Below are positions 1 to 12,283 of a stretch of DNA of 64,000 nt, in pieces. Source of the DNA: Octopus vulgaris (lineage: Eukaryota). The position numbers and the translations under genes were made by a program. The stretch's first letter is position 1, and every line of letters starts with the position of its first letter. The stretch covers positions 51,584,001-51,648,000 of the forward strand of contig OX597816.1 of NCBI GenBank assembly GCA_951406725.2. The letters run 5' to 3'. The notes below the pieces were generated by a model, which had not been told where the DNA came from, ran no database searches, and was given only the letters and a program-made list of their open reading frames with translations.

Positions 1-288
1 ATTCTACTATAGCCTCGGGCCGACCAAAGCCTTGTGAGTGGATTTGCTGGACGGAAACTGAAATAAGCCCGTCGTATATATGTATATATATATATACATG
101 TGTGTGTATTTGTGTGTCTGTGTTTGTCCCCCCAACACCGCTTAACAACCGATGCTGGTGTGTTACCGTCCACGTAACTCAGCAGTTCGGCAAAAGAGAC
201 CGATAGAATAAGTACTAGGCTTACAAAGGCGGTGCTCCATTATGGCCAAAATCAAATGACTTAAACAAGTAAAAGAGTAAAAGAGTAA
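1..288 (+). mobile_element. SINE family A (CORE-type), cut by window start
   Basis: Matches the full copy at 62251-62650 (ctactatagcctcgggccgaccaaagccttgtgagtgg...ggcggtgctcca...aaacaagtaaaagagtaaaagag tail); has an internal (TA)/(TG) microsatellite. Confidence 0.85.
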
Positions 289-789
289 ACTCAAGTACTG
301 AACTTTGTACTTTTGGCCTTTATATTGTCAAAGTAACAAGATTAAATCTAATAATATCAAAAGCAGCAAAAATACTATCACGTCATGTTCCTTTCAAACA
401 AAAGAGAAACACCTACAAGTGTGGAAGCGCTCTTGACTAAATCTTGTTGGGGTACATATCAATCAAATTTCAAGCTTCAAATTTCGATTAAACACTTTGA
501 ATGATGAAACGCCAAATGGTAGATGGAGAGTTTTGATGCTGTATTCAATCTCGGAACCTAACTTTATTTTATGTTTCTCATCATCACATCCATAAGAGGT
601 ATTTATGTCTATTTACACGCAGAACACTATCTAAATTTGAATGAAAATAAAATATTTACTGGTAATAGCTGTAAGTTTAGTTCTTGTTTATGTAAACAAA
701 CTCACTGTTTAAATATTTCAACCCGCGGAAGCTGAAGTAGATAAAGATATTAATATTGATTTCAAATTTTGACTTAATGCGATTAATTT

Positions 790-903
790 AGGGGATCGGA
801 TAAATCGATTACATCGGTGGAATTTGAACACAGAACCTATAGACGGACGAAATGCCGTTAAGCATTTTACCCGGCGTTTAACGATTACACTAGCTCACCG
901 TCT
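790..903 (-). mobile_element. Degraded SINE family B fragment
   Basis: ggtggaatttgaacacagaac...gacgaaatgccgttaagcattttacccggcg resembles the family B head on the minus strand. Confidence 0.6.
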
Positions 904-1032
904 TAAAATGTAATGACTGGGAACAAAGAGCGTGAAACCCTTTTTATACCCAGTCAGCCAGTCGACACTCTGTGGATGAAGGCATTAATATTAATATATT
1001 CTCCTGCTTTTGTAGTATAATAGTCTGAATAA

Positions 1033-1270
1033 AGGCGGCGAGCTGGCAGAAACGTTAGCACGCTGGGCGAAATGCGTAGCCATATTTCGTCTACCGCTAC
1101 GTTCTGAGTTCACATTCCGCCGAGGTCGACTTTGCCCTTTTATCCTTTCGGGGTCGATAAATTAAGTAACAGTTGCCTACTGGTGTCGATGTAATCGACT
1201 TAATCCGTTTGTCTGTCCTTGTTTGTCCCCTCTACGTTTAGCTCCTTCTGGGTAGTAAAGAAATAGGTAT
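1033..1270 (+). mobile_element. SINE family B monomer with 16-bp TSD
   Basis: tRNA-like head ggcggcgagctggcagaaacgttagc...gagttcacattcc, body ggggtcgataaattaag, tail aaagaaataggtat; gtataatagtctgaat duplicated at 1015-1030 and 1267-1282. Confidence 0.9.
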
Positions 1271-2401
1271 AATAGTCTGAATGTGAACGACTGATGTATA
1301 CTTTACATACAATTTAAATAATTGAATAATGACAGTTGTGATTTAGATTTAGTTTCAGTTCTCGAAGTTTACTTCGCGGATGAAAAGGCATATGTAATTG
1401 TGGAGAAAGTGCTAGAATCGAAACAGTCCCTTCGTGTAATGAAAAAAATATTTAGTACGTTCAGTCGATTGTGCAATACATAAGACATTTAACAGAAAGG
1501 ACACTGAATTGCGTAGGTTTCTGCTTTGATTGAAGAGGCTGTCTTAATAATTTCTTAATGTATTTTTTCTCTCTTTATCTTATGTTTGTGAATGAATGTT
1601 TCCCTATCAACCATCCGGCCTTTGTTTACTTGTGTGTGTTTGTTTGCAAGTGGTTAGAGATATATGTATAAATATTTAGTAGAGGATGCAAAGAGTTAGC
1701 GTTTATTAAAACCTATGATATGTTTCTATTGTGAGAAGGGAATTCGCCTTTGTAATATGATGTAGCTATAAGAAACATATGAGCCTTTCATTGATTGTTA
1801 AGACTTGACAGTTATCTAAAGAGAAGTTTAGTTCAAAACAGTCGAATTATTGTTTCTACCGTATACAAAGTGCAGAAAGCGATAACGCTATACGAACCAG
1901 CAATGGTTTGGCTAACTACAACTCAATGTGTATTGAAAAAAAAAACATGAAAAATAACGAAAAAACTTGGTTAAAGTTACGCAGTATATGCAAGTGGCAG
2001 ATAAAGAGTTGTTCGATAAATATTTAGCAAGGGAGGGAAAACAGCCGTTCGGTATCATCAGAATACACAGGCCATCGAAAATCGAACGAAACTAATCGAT
2101 TTTTATCAACTATCAAAGTTACAAGTTGGAACTTCTAGTGGAAAATGTATTCGGGAAGATTGATTTTACTTTTGATAACAATCTCAAAAGTTGGCATTTG
2201 TCTGATTTGTCTGCATAAATAATTTTAATTCTTGTTGCAGTGAATGTTGCATTTGTTACTATTGTACTTGTTTCTATTGTTGCATATTTTATTTTTCACA
2301 AATATATTGAAAACTACATCTATATTATAAATAGTATTATCAGTCACAACATGTATCCCAACGAATCTCCCCGTCTGGGTGCATTTATGATGCATATAGA
2401 T

Positions 2402-2434
<33 letters not shown>

Positions 2435-2523
2435 CACATACACGCACGCACGCACATACACAGACACGCACACATATATATACATGTATATATATATATA
2501 AATAAATATATATATATACACAA

Positions 2524-2559
<36 letters not shown>

Positions 2560-2578
2560 ATGTGTGTATGTATATATA

Positions 2579-2750
2579 CAGAGAAAGCCTGCACTAGAAA
2601 GAGTATATATTTATACATAGAGTTACAGGGTGTTATATATGGTCGTAAAAATTCTACACACATTTACATGCACACATATATATATATATACACACACGCA
2701 CACACAAGCACATACACAGAAACGCACATGCACATATATATGTATATTAT

Positions 2751-2809
<59 letters not shown>

Positions 2810-2810
2810 C

Positions 2811-2848
<38 letters not shown>

Positions 2849-2880
2849 GTAAATATATATATCTGTAAAAATATAAATAT

Positions 2881-2915
<35 letters not shown>

Positions 2916-3031
2916 TGTATGTATGTATATTTTCAGAGAAAGCCTGCACTAGAAACAGTATGTATTTATACATAGAGTTACAGGATGTTATATATGGCCA
3001 TAAAAAAGTCTACACACATTTTCATGCACAC
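2579..3031. repeat. ~95-bp diverged direct repeat (2579-2675, 2934-3031) separated by microsatellites
   Basis: cagagaaagcctgcactagaaa...ctacacacatt..catgcacaca present twice. Confidence 0.85.
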
Positions 3032-4082
3032 ACGCGCATGTGCAATTAGCGTGCACAAAAACGCATTTGTGTGTGTGTGCGCGCGCACGTGTGTTGTTGC
3101 GTGTTTATGCATATATTCGTATATTTTTATCTCACTCATCCTGGAACAGCCCACCAGTGTTTTCTTGCACGCATCTGTGTATATATATATACTATATACG
3201 ATAAATAAGCATTGAACATTGTGACTAAACTATATCAATCACAGTGGCATACGTTCACTGATTAATTCAGTGATTGTTCCTCGTGAAGTATGTTTTTTTA
3301 CAGTATATACAAACACAAGCAGTCGTTAGAATTATTAGAAAAAATTTCTACATCGAAAGTGTATACATGGTACGCATGTTTATATGAATAATCTGTGTTG
3401 TGAGGTAAAAAAAAACCTCAAACTTAACGTGTGTGAATTTAAAGATGTTATTATATATTCCATTGTAATGTTTGAATATTTAGAATCCAGAATATCTTCA
3501 TTCAATGAAAATGATGAAAGAATCACATGCTATTCATTGTGTTGTACAAAAGATTTGTTATGAAAATAAATTTAGGGTTAAAGGATTACTATTGCCGCTA
3601 CATATATTCCCCAAACTGTAGGAATCGTTACCAAGTTGAAGGAAGTTCTTCAACAATTGCAAGTTTAAGATAGTGATCTCTGGACTTACATGAACGATTT
3701 ATATCATCATTATAAAGATACATATACATTTACAAATGTATGTATGTATGTATGCATGCATGTATGTATGTATGCATACATTTACAAATGTATGTATGTA
3801 TGTATGCATGTATGTATGTATGTATGTATGGATGTATGTATGTACATATACATACACGTACGCACACATAATTCAAACAACCAGTACCTTCTATTGACCA
3901 TTCTCCTACGCACATGTGTAGGTAGAGATACAACAGGAGCCACTCTACCAAAACTACTATAAATTTTTCCTATGACCACACACACACAGACCTGCGTACA
4001 CGCACATACACACACATATGCACACATGCCTCCTTCTCTTGCACTCTCCTGCTTTGAAATAACTTTTTCTTCACCCATTCCC

Positions 4083-4303
4083 TTCCGGTCATTTCAATAT
4101 TTGACCGCGTGTGTATCGTTAGCGATTTTCTTTCTCCGTCTTCCCTTATTGGATCTTTCCTTTTTCTATATTACTGACGAAGAGCTCCGCTCGAAACGTT
4201 AGATACTCCTTCTTTCTTTTCTTTCCTGGGCGCCCAATAACACTATAGTTGTTCCACGTCCTGGCGTTGTTGTGTTTTCTCTTTGTTCATGTTTGGAGTA
4301 ACT
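4083..4303 (+). mobile_element. Penelope-like terminal fragment (family P1) ending in microsatellite
   Basis: 3' ~105 bp shared with 52411-52513 (minus); ends ...gtaacta then (TATG)n; contains a hammerhead motif. Confidence 0.6.
4169..4205 (+). ncRNA. Minimal type-I hammerhead ribozyme motif
   Basis: CUGACGA-A-GAGC(UCC)GCUC-GAAAC-GUU; loopless palindromic stem III; stem I tatta/agata with one mismatch. Confidence 0.7.
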
Positions 4304-4334
4304 ATGTATGTATGTATGTATGTATGTATGTATG

Positions 4335-4368
<34 letters not shown>

Positions 4369-4525
4369 ATATTGGTGGCTTATTAGCAATTTCACAACCA
4401 AAAGGCAATTTCATAGACGTTACTAAAGTGACGTAGGGTAGAAAGTGGTACCGAAATTGCTAGAAATAAGAGTCAAAACGACTCATTAACCACAAGAGCA
4501 CTATCTTAATAAGATGAGAAAGGAG

Positions 4526-4556
<31 letters not shown>

Positions 4557-4775
4557 TGTATGTATGTATGTACGTACGTATGTATATATATATGTATGTA
4601 TGTTTGTACGTATGTATGTATGTATGTATGTATGTACGTACGTACGTACGTATGCATGTTTCTATGAATTTATATACACACATCAAGTCATTAAGAATGA
4701 AATGCCCGATTTTCTTATGCACCAATTTCGACAGTCGTTAACTCTGTTATATTCTGACAATTCATGTGTGTATAA

Positions 4776-4832
<57 letters not shown>

Positions 4833-4926
4833 CGAGGAAAATTATAAAAAGGCAGAATGTTAAATTGAAGGTAACTTTTAATAAAAATGGATGTATGGAA
4901 AATTAAAAAAAAATTTTTTTAATATT

Positions 4927-4968
4927 AACTCTAACCGGTTTTCATCGCAATGCAAATTTTCAAGAATT
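4927..4968 (-). ncRNA. Hammerhead motif, U3-A8 core variant (left arm)
   Basis: aattc-UUGAAAA-u(uugc auu gcga)u-GAA-AACCGGUU-A-gagtt. Confidence 0.55.
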
Positions 4969-5061
4969 GAAAGGCGAAAAGAATTTTGTTTTAAATTGAG
5001 GAGGGGGAAAAAGAAATTTACATCGTTCTCAATTTAAAAAAAAAAAATCTTTTCACCTTTC

Positions 5062-5103
5062 AATTCTTGAAAATTTGCATTGCCCTGAAAACCGGTTAGA
5101 GTT
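5062..5103 (+). ncRNA. Hammerhead motif, U3-A8 core variant (right arm)
   Basis: aattc-UUGAAAA-...-GAA-AACCGGUU-A-gagtt; stem II more degenerate than in the left arm. Confidence 0.5.
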
Positions 5104-5400
5104 AACATCTGAAAAAAAACTTTTTTTTCATTTTCCATACACCCATTTTTATTAAAATTTACCTTCAATTTAGCATTCTGCCTTTTTATAATTTTTCCTC
5201 GCCTATCATTTCTCCACGTGCGGTCAACACAACCCCAACATGTATTGATTTATATATATATATATACATATATGTATACAGACGCACACATACATATATA
5301 GTGTGAATCTTGACATACTTAATAATTGACGTATGTTCTTTAATTATTTTCTACTTATTTCAGACAGAAAACATTGTTGAAGCATAGGCGCCATTAATTA

Positions 5401-5895
5401 TGAACATCACAAAATGGACCTTCGCTTACTTTACTTGCATGAGTTCAAGGTTGGACACACTGCCTACCAAACTGCTGCTAATATCAACAGGGCATGTAGA
5501 GAGGGGTCCACAATTTATCGTATAGTACGAAGTTGGTTTCAGAAATTCCGTAGTGAGGATAAGAGCCTTGAAGATGAAGAAGGTAGAGGACTATTATGCA
5601 GTCTTCACAGTGAAGAATTGAAAACAAATTCTGAACAGACCCACGTCAAAATGTCAGAGAAATGCCTCGGGCACTTGGTGTCGGAATTGCAACGGTCTCA
5701 CGTAATCTGTAGATGAAAGTGTAAGGTGAAAAACCTCGATAAATCGGTACCGCATGAACTCAATGAAAGTCAAAATGTTCGACGTTTTGAATTGTGCTCG
5801 ATGCTTCTTCTGCGAAACACCAATAACTTTTCCTTGACTGAATAGTCACTTGTGGCGAAAAGTGGATCATTTTTTATAACTGTAAACCATCAGGT
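5401..5895 (+). pseudogene. Mariner transposase N-terminal fragment (cecropia/Hsmar1-like)
   Basis: HEFKVGHTAYQTAANINRA...WFQKFRSEDKSLEDEEGRG helix-turn-helix region; SVPHELNE (WVPHEL-like) and IVTCGEKWI in shifted frames. Confidence 0.85.
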
Positions 5896-5963
5896 TAATG
5901 TCTTAACAATAATTCCATCCTAGAATTATTGTTATTATTATATTTATCCTACATTATATCGGT

Positions 5964-6313
5964 GGCGGCGCAATGGCCCCTAGGTTAGGGCAACGGACCG
6001 CGCGTTGTAAGTGTTTATTGAGCGAAAACACCTAAAGCTGCACGAGGCTCCGGCAGGGGATGGTGGCGAGCCCTGCTGTAATCTTTGACCACAAATTTCT
6101 CTCACTCTGTTTTCCTGTTACTCTTGTACCTGTATTTCACAGGGCCAGCCTTGTCACACTCTGTTTCACGCTGAATCTCCTCGAGAACTACGTTAAGGGT
6201 ACACGTGTCTGTGGAGTGCTCAGACACTTGTACATTAATTTCACGAGCAGGCAGTTCCGTTGATCGGATCAACTGGAATCCTCGTCGTCGTAACCGACGG
6301 AGTGCCAACCATA
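5964..6313 (+). mobile_element. SINE family C (tRNA-derived head)
   Basis: A-box-like ggcgcaatggcccctaggttagggc; head/body shared with 39430-39725 and 43436-43625; imperfect TSD acattatatcggt / acattacgtcggt. Confidence 0.85.
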
Positions 6314-6445
6314 ACATTACGTCGGTATATCAATGATGCAACCCCGCTATACTGACTCACTAGTCAGAATCATTAGACGGTAGCCGGCATAATGAAATAG
6401 AAGCTATATTTGCAATATCCTTAACGCTACCATAAGCGAATTAAA

Positions 6446-6490
<45 letters not shown>

Positions 6491-6493
<3 letters not shown>

Positions 6494-6780
6494 GTTTATC
6501 AATTCGTTTTGGAAGATGCCATATATGAAATCGTGTGTTGACACAGATATTGTTGTATTTGGGATGTTGTTGTATCTGGGACCGCTTCAGCAATATTTTT
6601 CGTTTCTGTGGATTTTTGCTCCGCTTCCGCCGTTCTGTTCTTGAAAGATCTGTCTTAGAAGAACAGAATAGAGTAAATATGAAAAGAATATACTCGGAAA
6701 CGAAAAGTGTTGCTGAAGAGACCACAGATGTGTGACGAAAGCTTTCCAGACAGTGGACGTAAGTTAAAATAATAAACGAG
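6491..6780 (+). mobile_element. Degenerate fold-back module next to (TA)n with hammerhead-like motif at 6707-6752
   Basis: ttcagcaatatttttcgtttc / gaaacgaaaagtgttgctgaa and ttctgttctt / aagaacagaa inverted pairs; CUGAAGA-gaccacagaugugugac-GAAAGCUUUC. Confidence 0.5.
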
Positions 6781-6789
6781 TCAATGGTG

Positions 6790-6932
6790 TATATGTTCCC
6801 CAGCTGGGCGGGACGCCAGTCTATCGCAGCGTTACTCATTTTTGCCAGCTGGGTGGACTGGAGCAACGTGAAATGAAGTGTTTTGCTCAAGAACACAACG
6901 CGTCGCCCGGTCCAGGAATCGAAACCATAATC
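6790..6932 (-). mobile_element. CORE-type SINE fragment
   Basis: Minus strand gtttcgattcctggaccgggcgacgcgttgtgttcttgagcaaaacacttcatttcacgttgctccagt (B box followed by CORE-like segment). Confidence 0.75.
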
Positions 6933-6933
6933 T

Positions 6934-7097
6934 TACATCTAAACTAACTATGATTTAATTTTCCTCTCATCACCGTCTCCGATGAAGGGATATTATTAAT
7001 TAATATCCTTGAAACAGCTGTAACACATTCTATCTATAAATGCTCTAATATCTATACAGTATTGTTTTTTTTTAATCTTATTACTCAAAAATTGTTA
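6934..7097 (+). mobile_element. PLE-like terminal fragment family P2, copy 1
   Basis: Highly similar to 12284-12447; ends at (TA)n. Confidence 0.7.
6975..7026 (+). ncRNA. Hammerhead motif, CCGAUGA (U4C) variant
   Basis: gtct-CCGAUGA-AGGGAUAUUA(UUAAU)UAAUAUCCUU-GAA-ACAGCUGU-A-acac. Confidence 0.6.
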
Positions 7098-8059
7098 TAT
7101 ATATATATATATATGTATTTATTTATGCACGCTCGCACGCACACACATACCTACATTTATATAATGTAATCATATATACCTTAATGCTTTGTGTATTTGT
7201 TTCTTCTATGTAGTTATTGACTTATTCTACGTACATATGTTTCATATAAGTATATTTTTGAGTTGCGTATATTAATCTCTGTAAGTAGTGAATAGACTGA
7301 ACAATTCGTTGACAAAATAACAATGAAGGTGTGCATATTGTGCATGTGTGTGCATGCAAGCGTGGGTGTATTTATATAATGGATGTTTACTTCGAAGTTT
7401 CACACAATCTGAATTATCAAAAATGTATGTAATGATGAAATTTCCTTGCTGTACATCTGTTTTCTTCAGGTTAATTTTTGGTATGTTTTTTTTGTTTTCT
7501 TTTTGTCAGAGCTTAAACATAGTGGCTTGAAGTAGTGAACATCACTAAAAATTGAAGTGAGTTGTGAGGGGTTTTTTGCACAACATTCACAGGATCTTTT
7601 AAGACAATACAATGAATTCACATACTTAAAAATATATATTTCTTTCTTCTCCAAATTCACAGGCATGCGGAAAGTAAAATTACACGGATAACTAAGGATA
7701 TATCAAAATTTCACTTCACTCCGCACTTGTATTTAATTGTCTTTCCATGCTATACTAAAACATGTATTCCTTTACACTTATTCCTGTTGCGTTATCAACT
7801 CTTTCAAAAAGTTATCTGTAAACTATACCATATCAGTACTAAGTATAGCGAAAATTCCTTCTCAAGAAACATTATTTTAAGAGACCTCTATCGACAAACT
7901 TTCCAAGTAAACAAACGTTACCCTTAACAGATATCAATTTGATTCTACAACCAGTGCATGTGGTCTGCATATAATAAGAACAGAAATCTATAAATATAAC
8001 CAATTTCCTCTACGTATTTCGGCATGTTTTTGCATACACACATACATAGATACACACAC

Positions 8060-8123
<64 letters not shown>

Positions 8124-8202
8124 ATGCATTTATATGTCTTTATGTGTATATATGTATATATATGTATATATATATATATGTATATATATATGTATATATG
8201 TA

Positions 8203-8245
<43 letters not shown>

Positions 8246-8256
8246 GTATATATGTA

Positions 8257-8308
<52 letters not shown>

Positions 8309-8887
8309 CTTTTGTCTTATATGTATATATATATATATATTTATATGACGCGTCCACTAATGCGCGTCATGTTCTAACAATGGCTATAGTCTACCCCATT
8401 CAAAGAGTTCATCCGCACGTTCAATAAAAATATAATTGAATTAAATATCAAATTGTTTCTATCTAGAAGAATAGAATGCTGGATCAATAAAGTGTTTGTT
8501 TCTCTATTATAAAATCATATAAAGAGCAAACAACGTACCATAAAACCCGTGAACTAAATGGGTTGAGGCATTATTTTCATGTATTATTCTCATGTAATGG
8601 TAGGCAGGGAACATCAGACCTCTGTTACATTATGCTCAATAATATAACTACAGATTGCATATTTATGTATGCTTATCTTCAATGTTTGTGTATATACATA
8701 AAAGATTAAGTGCGGCCGTATATGTAGATTAGGGCTGTGTTTATACACACAAGCACACACTCATATACATACACATTCTTATATCTTCTATGCACATGCA
8801 TGTATTCATACATGCTTGCATATATGTATTGTATGTATGTATGTATGTATGTATGTATGTATGTTTGTATGTATGTATGTATGTATA

Positions 8888-9110
8888 AGGGCGCATGGAC
8901 TATTGGTTAGGGTATTGCACTCACGATCGCGTGAACGTGGTTTCAATTCCCAGACCGAGTGGTGAGTTCTGTTCTGGAGCAAAAACACCTCATTTTATGT
9001 TGCTCTGCGATCACTTCGGCACCTGGTCTGTGGTACATCGTGCATCTATTCAGGCAACGTCTATTTCATGGAAAGAGTGAGCTAAGGTACAGCATATAAT
9101 TTTGAACGTT
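8888..9110 (+). mobile_element. Old tRNA-head CORE-type SINE
   Basis: ggcgcatggactattggttagggt...ggtttcaattcccagaccg...gttctggagcaaaaacacctcattttatgttgctc. Confidence 0.65.
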
Positions 9111-9977
9111 ATAAAGAAATCATTTGTGTAGGGCGCTAGGCAAAAGCAGAACACGCATTTGTTGTCTTCGACGGTTGAGTCGCCGCATACGCGGCCTCCT
9201 GAGACCACCTACAAAACAAAAGTCTGTGTTCGATAGCTCAGAAGACCGCGTAGACGAGCTCAGCAAACCAACTCGCTGAGAGCGGAAGAAGCAGCAGTCA
9301 AACAAAAACCGTTGACTATAACCAAAATTCAGGAACAATAATTCAGAGTCCAATAACAGTTATCGAATAAATAGAAAAATTCTTTAAAGAGGTTTTAGAG
9401 AGTTCTTTCATTTACCTCCGAAATGTGTAGACTTCTTTTGCTGAGCTCTTCTTTTATTCAGCAGTATAATGATTTACTTTCTATCTTTATTCAATGTCTT
9501 TTATTTTTTCGACTGGACACAAGTTACTTCCGAATTCACGGTACCGTTCCGCCTTCTTTACGTTGCCAAGTTTACCATTTTCCCAGTCAGTTCATTGTTC
9601 GCATTAACCGCCGAAACCAAGTTCACACTCTACACCAAATACTATGTAAACTGTTCCTAACGAAATTACTCGGCACCATCGCTCACATCGACTACATGCC
9701 ACCGACTGCTACATAAAACCGTTCACATCGGCTTCCAGCACATCACACATCAACGTCGCACATCGTCTTCCAGTCTGAACTTCCAGCATGAACTCACTTC
9801 GAGCATACCGTAAAAGCGCGCCAAAATCATACCGTCTACGCTTTAAACAGTCACTTGGCCAAAGAGAATTATTTTTTTGCCTTTGCTTGCAAAACCAGAG
9901 AGCGGTCGTGCGGATGAGAAATTATCGGAATATAATTTTTTCGTTCTTAACAAAATATATACATACATACTTGTATA

Positions 9978-10877
9978 CAGAGAGCGGTGAATAATAAACT
10001 GTCATCTAAATTACGCAAAAAAGAAAATAACACTGACATTTCATTTTAACAGATATATTTACTAAAATTATATAACAATATCTTGAAATACGAAACAGTG
10101 GATTTATTCAATAAAATCGTCATCGTCTTCAACCACGGCCTCCAGGTGACTTCGAAATCTCCTGCAACCTATCTGGGTGGTCTCCTTGTTTAAGCTGGTG
10201 AATGTTGCTATCATCCTTGCTTTCAATTCATCTCTGGTGTTACAAGGAGTTTTGTTGGTCTCTCACTCAACTGTGCCCCACACATAATATTCAAGGGTGT
10301 TGCAGTCTGAAGAGTTAAGTGGCCAGATTTTTTGATGATGTAGTTGCAGAGATTTATGATAGCCATGACTGGGTCCGCCTGCTTGTGTAGCATGGTGCAG
10401 AGTCCTGTTGCTAGACATATGGTCTTCCAGAAGTCACCCTCTCGAACCAGAGAGCACTACCTCCTCGAGGTATTTGCTGTGGGCTTCCGTGTTGAGTCTG
10501 AGGCAGAGTGGGTAAATAAATGGAGGCATAACGTCGCCATCGCTAGTGATCACTCCAAATACCATGATGTTGACTGGATGCTTGATTTTTATCCCTCTTG
10601 GTACATATCCTTAGATTTCACTTTCCTGAGATTGACATCCATCTGAGATTATCCCCATCTGAAATTTTCGTATTGGAGATTGCAACGCGAATGCCAAGCA
10701 GTACAGGTTGTTGTTTCCAAATTTCTGGTAGACTGATTTGCGTCATGGTGCTGTTTATTTCACAGACGGTGCCCAGCTGACCCTAATATACTGTGTAGTC
10801 GACAAAATCAAAAACAAACAATGTGCATGCGCGAATTAAGAAATAATAAATGGCGACAATTTACCTATCGCACCCTG
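9978..10877 (-). mobile_element. DD37D/maT-type Tc1/mariner deletion derivative with imperfect TIRs
   Basis: TA-flanked ends cagagagcggtg... / ...cgcaccctg; minus-strand remnants VMVFGVITSDGDVMPP, RPYV*QQDSAPC, WPLNSSDCNTLEYYVWG, RRFRSHLEAVVEDDDDFIE. Confidence 0.8.
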
Positions 10878-10917
10878 TATATGTATGTATGTATATGTAT
10901 GTATGTATGTAAGAATG

Positions 10918-10974
<57 letters not shown>

Positions 10975-11632
10975 CTGTGTGTCTGTGTGTTTGCGTGTAT
11001 GTGTGTGTGTGTATTAAGGTCGTGGTGCACCATGGCCGCAGTCAAAAGACAGCGATAATAAGGAAATATTATGTTTATGTCAAGAACTTCATTAGCTTAC
11101 AGCAGTTTCTTTCATAAGGTGCAGTAGACCCTTAGTTGAACGTCTGTAGAACATCCTATAGCTTCATAGGAACCTCGAATATAAAATGCAATATATTTTG
11201 GAAAAAAAAAGAATAATGTTTTTGCAATATGCTGAGAAGGCATTACTAGTTTGAAAGACGTTAGTGCCCTCCCTGTATATTGCAGAAACGTAATGTTTGT
11301 TTTTCCCAAATAATTTGCCCTTTATATTTTACGTTTCGATGAAGCAATAGCATGCTAGCCATTTACTCAACGAAGAGTAATGATGTTCAAGATATAACTA
11401 TTGTTTCTCCTGTGTCATCACTTCTTATTTCCGCCCAATACTCATGTAACACTTTGTTCTAAAAATTCGTATATTGAGTTTTATACCAGGTGATTAAGCT
11501 CGCAATGCAAAGTTTTATGCTTCTAAACATGTTGCTTGAACAATATACACGCTTCACGTTCCTTATTTCAGCAACACCATATTTATCTTACTAGTCGTGA
11601 GTATCTTGGTTTATTTAATACTACGTTTTGTA

Positions 11633-11991
11633 TTGTGTTGTCCGGAAAGTTCGTGCCGATTTAGAGTAGCTTACATTTCGACTCATTTTCGAACATGGTT
11701 GAATCCATAAAATAGTATTTGACTACACCTCCATTTAGAGCACAGTTGAAGCTATCTTTTCGTGGAAGAAGGTTTATGTTCCTATAAACTGTGTTAATTC
11801 TGTAACCCTTTAAAATGGAAGATAAGAAAGTTCATTTTCGGCACTTGATGCTTTGGGAACCAGACAAAAATTGCTGCGGCTCGGCTGGGATGTGTTACCA
11901 CACTCTCCATATTCACCAGATATTGCTCCTTCGGATTTCCACTTAATCAGGTCTCTGCATATGATTTTCAGTTATTCAGGTCTCTGCATAT
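11633..11991 (+). mobile_element. Mariner deletion derivative, copy 1 (3'-truncated)
   Basis: TA-ttgtgttgtccggaaagttcgtgccgattt left TIR; same internal junction as copies 2 and 3. Confidence 0.85.
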
Positions 11992-12283
11992 AAGTCCTTC
12001 CAAATATAGAGTTTATAAGCAATGTAATATTCCCTTATGTGTGAGATCCAGCAGATTTTTAAACTTGGTTATTCCCAGTAGGAAATTTATGTACAGTGTT
12101 GCAGAGTCAAGGATTGTATTTAAAATGGACTCATATTAAATGTTGTTGGACTATTGGATTTTGCTCAAAGGATATTGGAATATTGCATATATACCATTAT
12201 GCCTATAAAACGGATTTACAAATTCAATACCCATATATATCTTACATCTATTTCCTTTCCTCAACCTCACTCTCTATTTTATA

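Larger units (their letters stand above)
4831..5250 (+). mobile_element. Fold-back (inverted pseudo-LTR-like) module with ~45-bp tail inside (TA)n
   Basis: Arms 4831-5000 and 5028-5203 are reverse complements; unpaired tail 5206-5250; (TA)n on both sides. Confidence 0.8.

Noticed and set aside
2036-2064. Minus-strand CUGAUGA-uacc-GAACGGCUGUU
   Set aside because: No stem II, incomplete GAAA and no stem I pairing.
4370-4770. Short islands between TATG repeats containing GAAAUUG half-motifs and a small inverted repeat
   Set aside because: May be further PLE ends, but no core or stem I could be assigned.
9120-9950. GC-richer block with several short ORFs
   Set aside because: Probably a repeat remnant, but no recognisable protein motif or termini.
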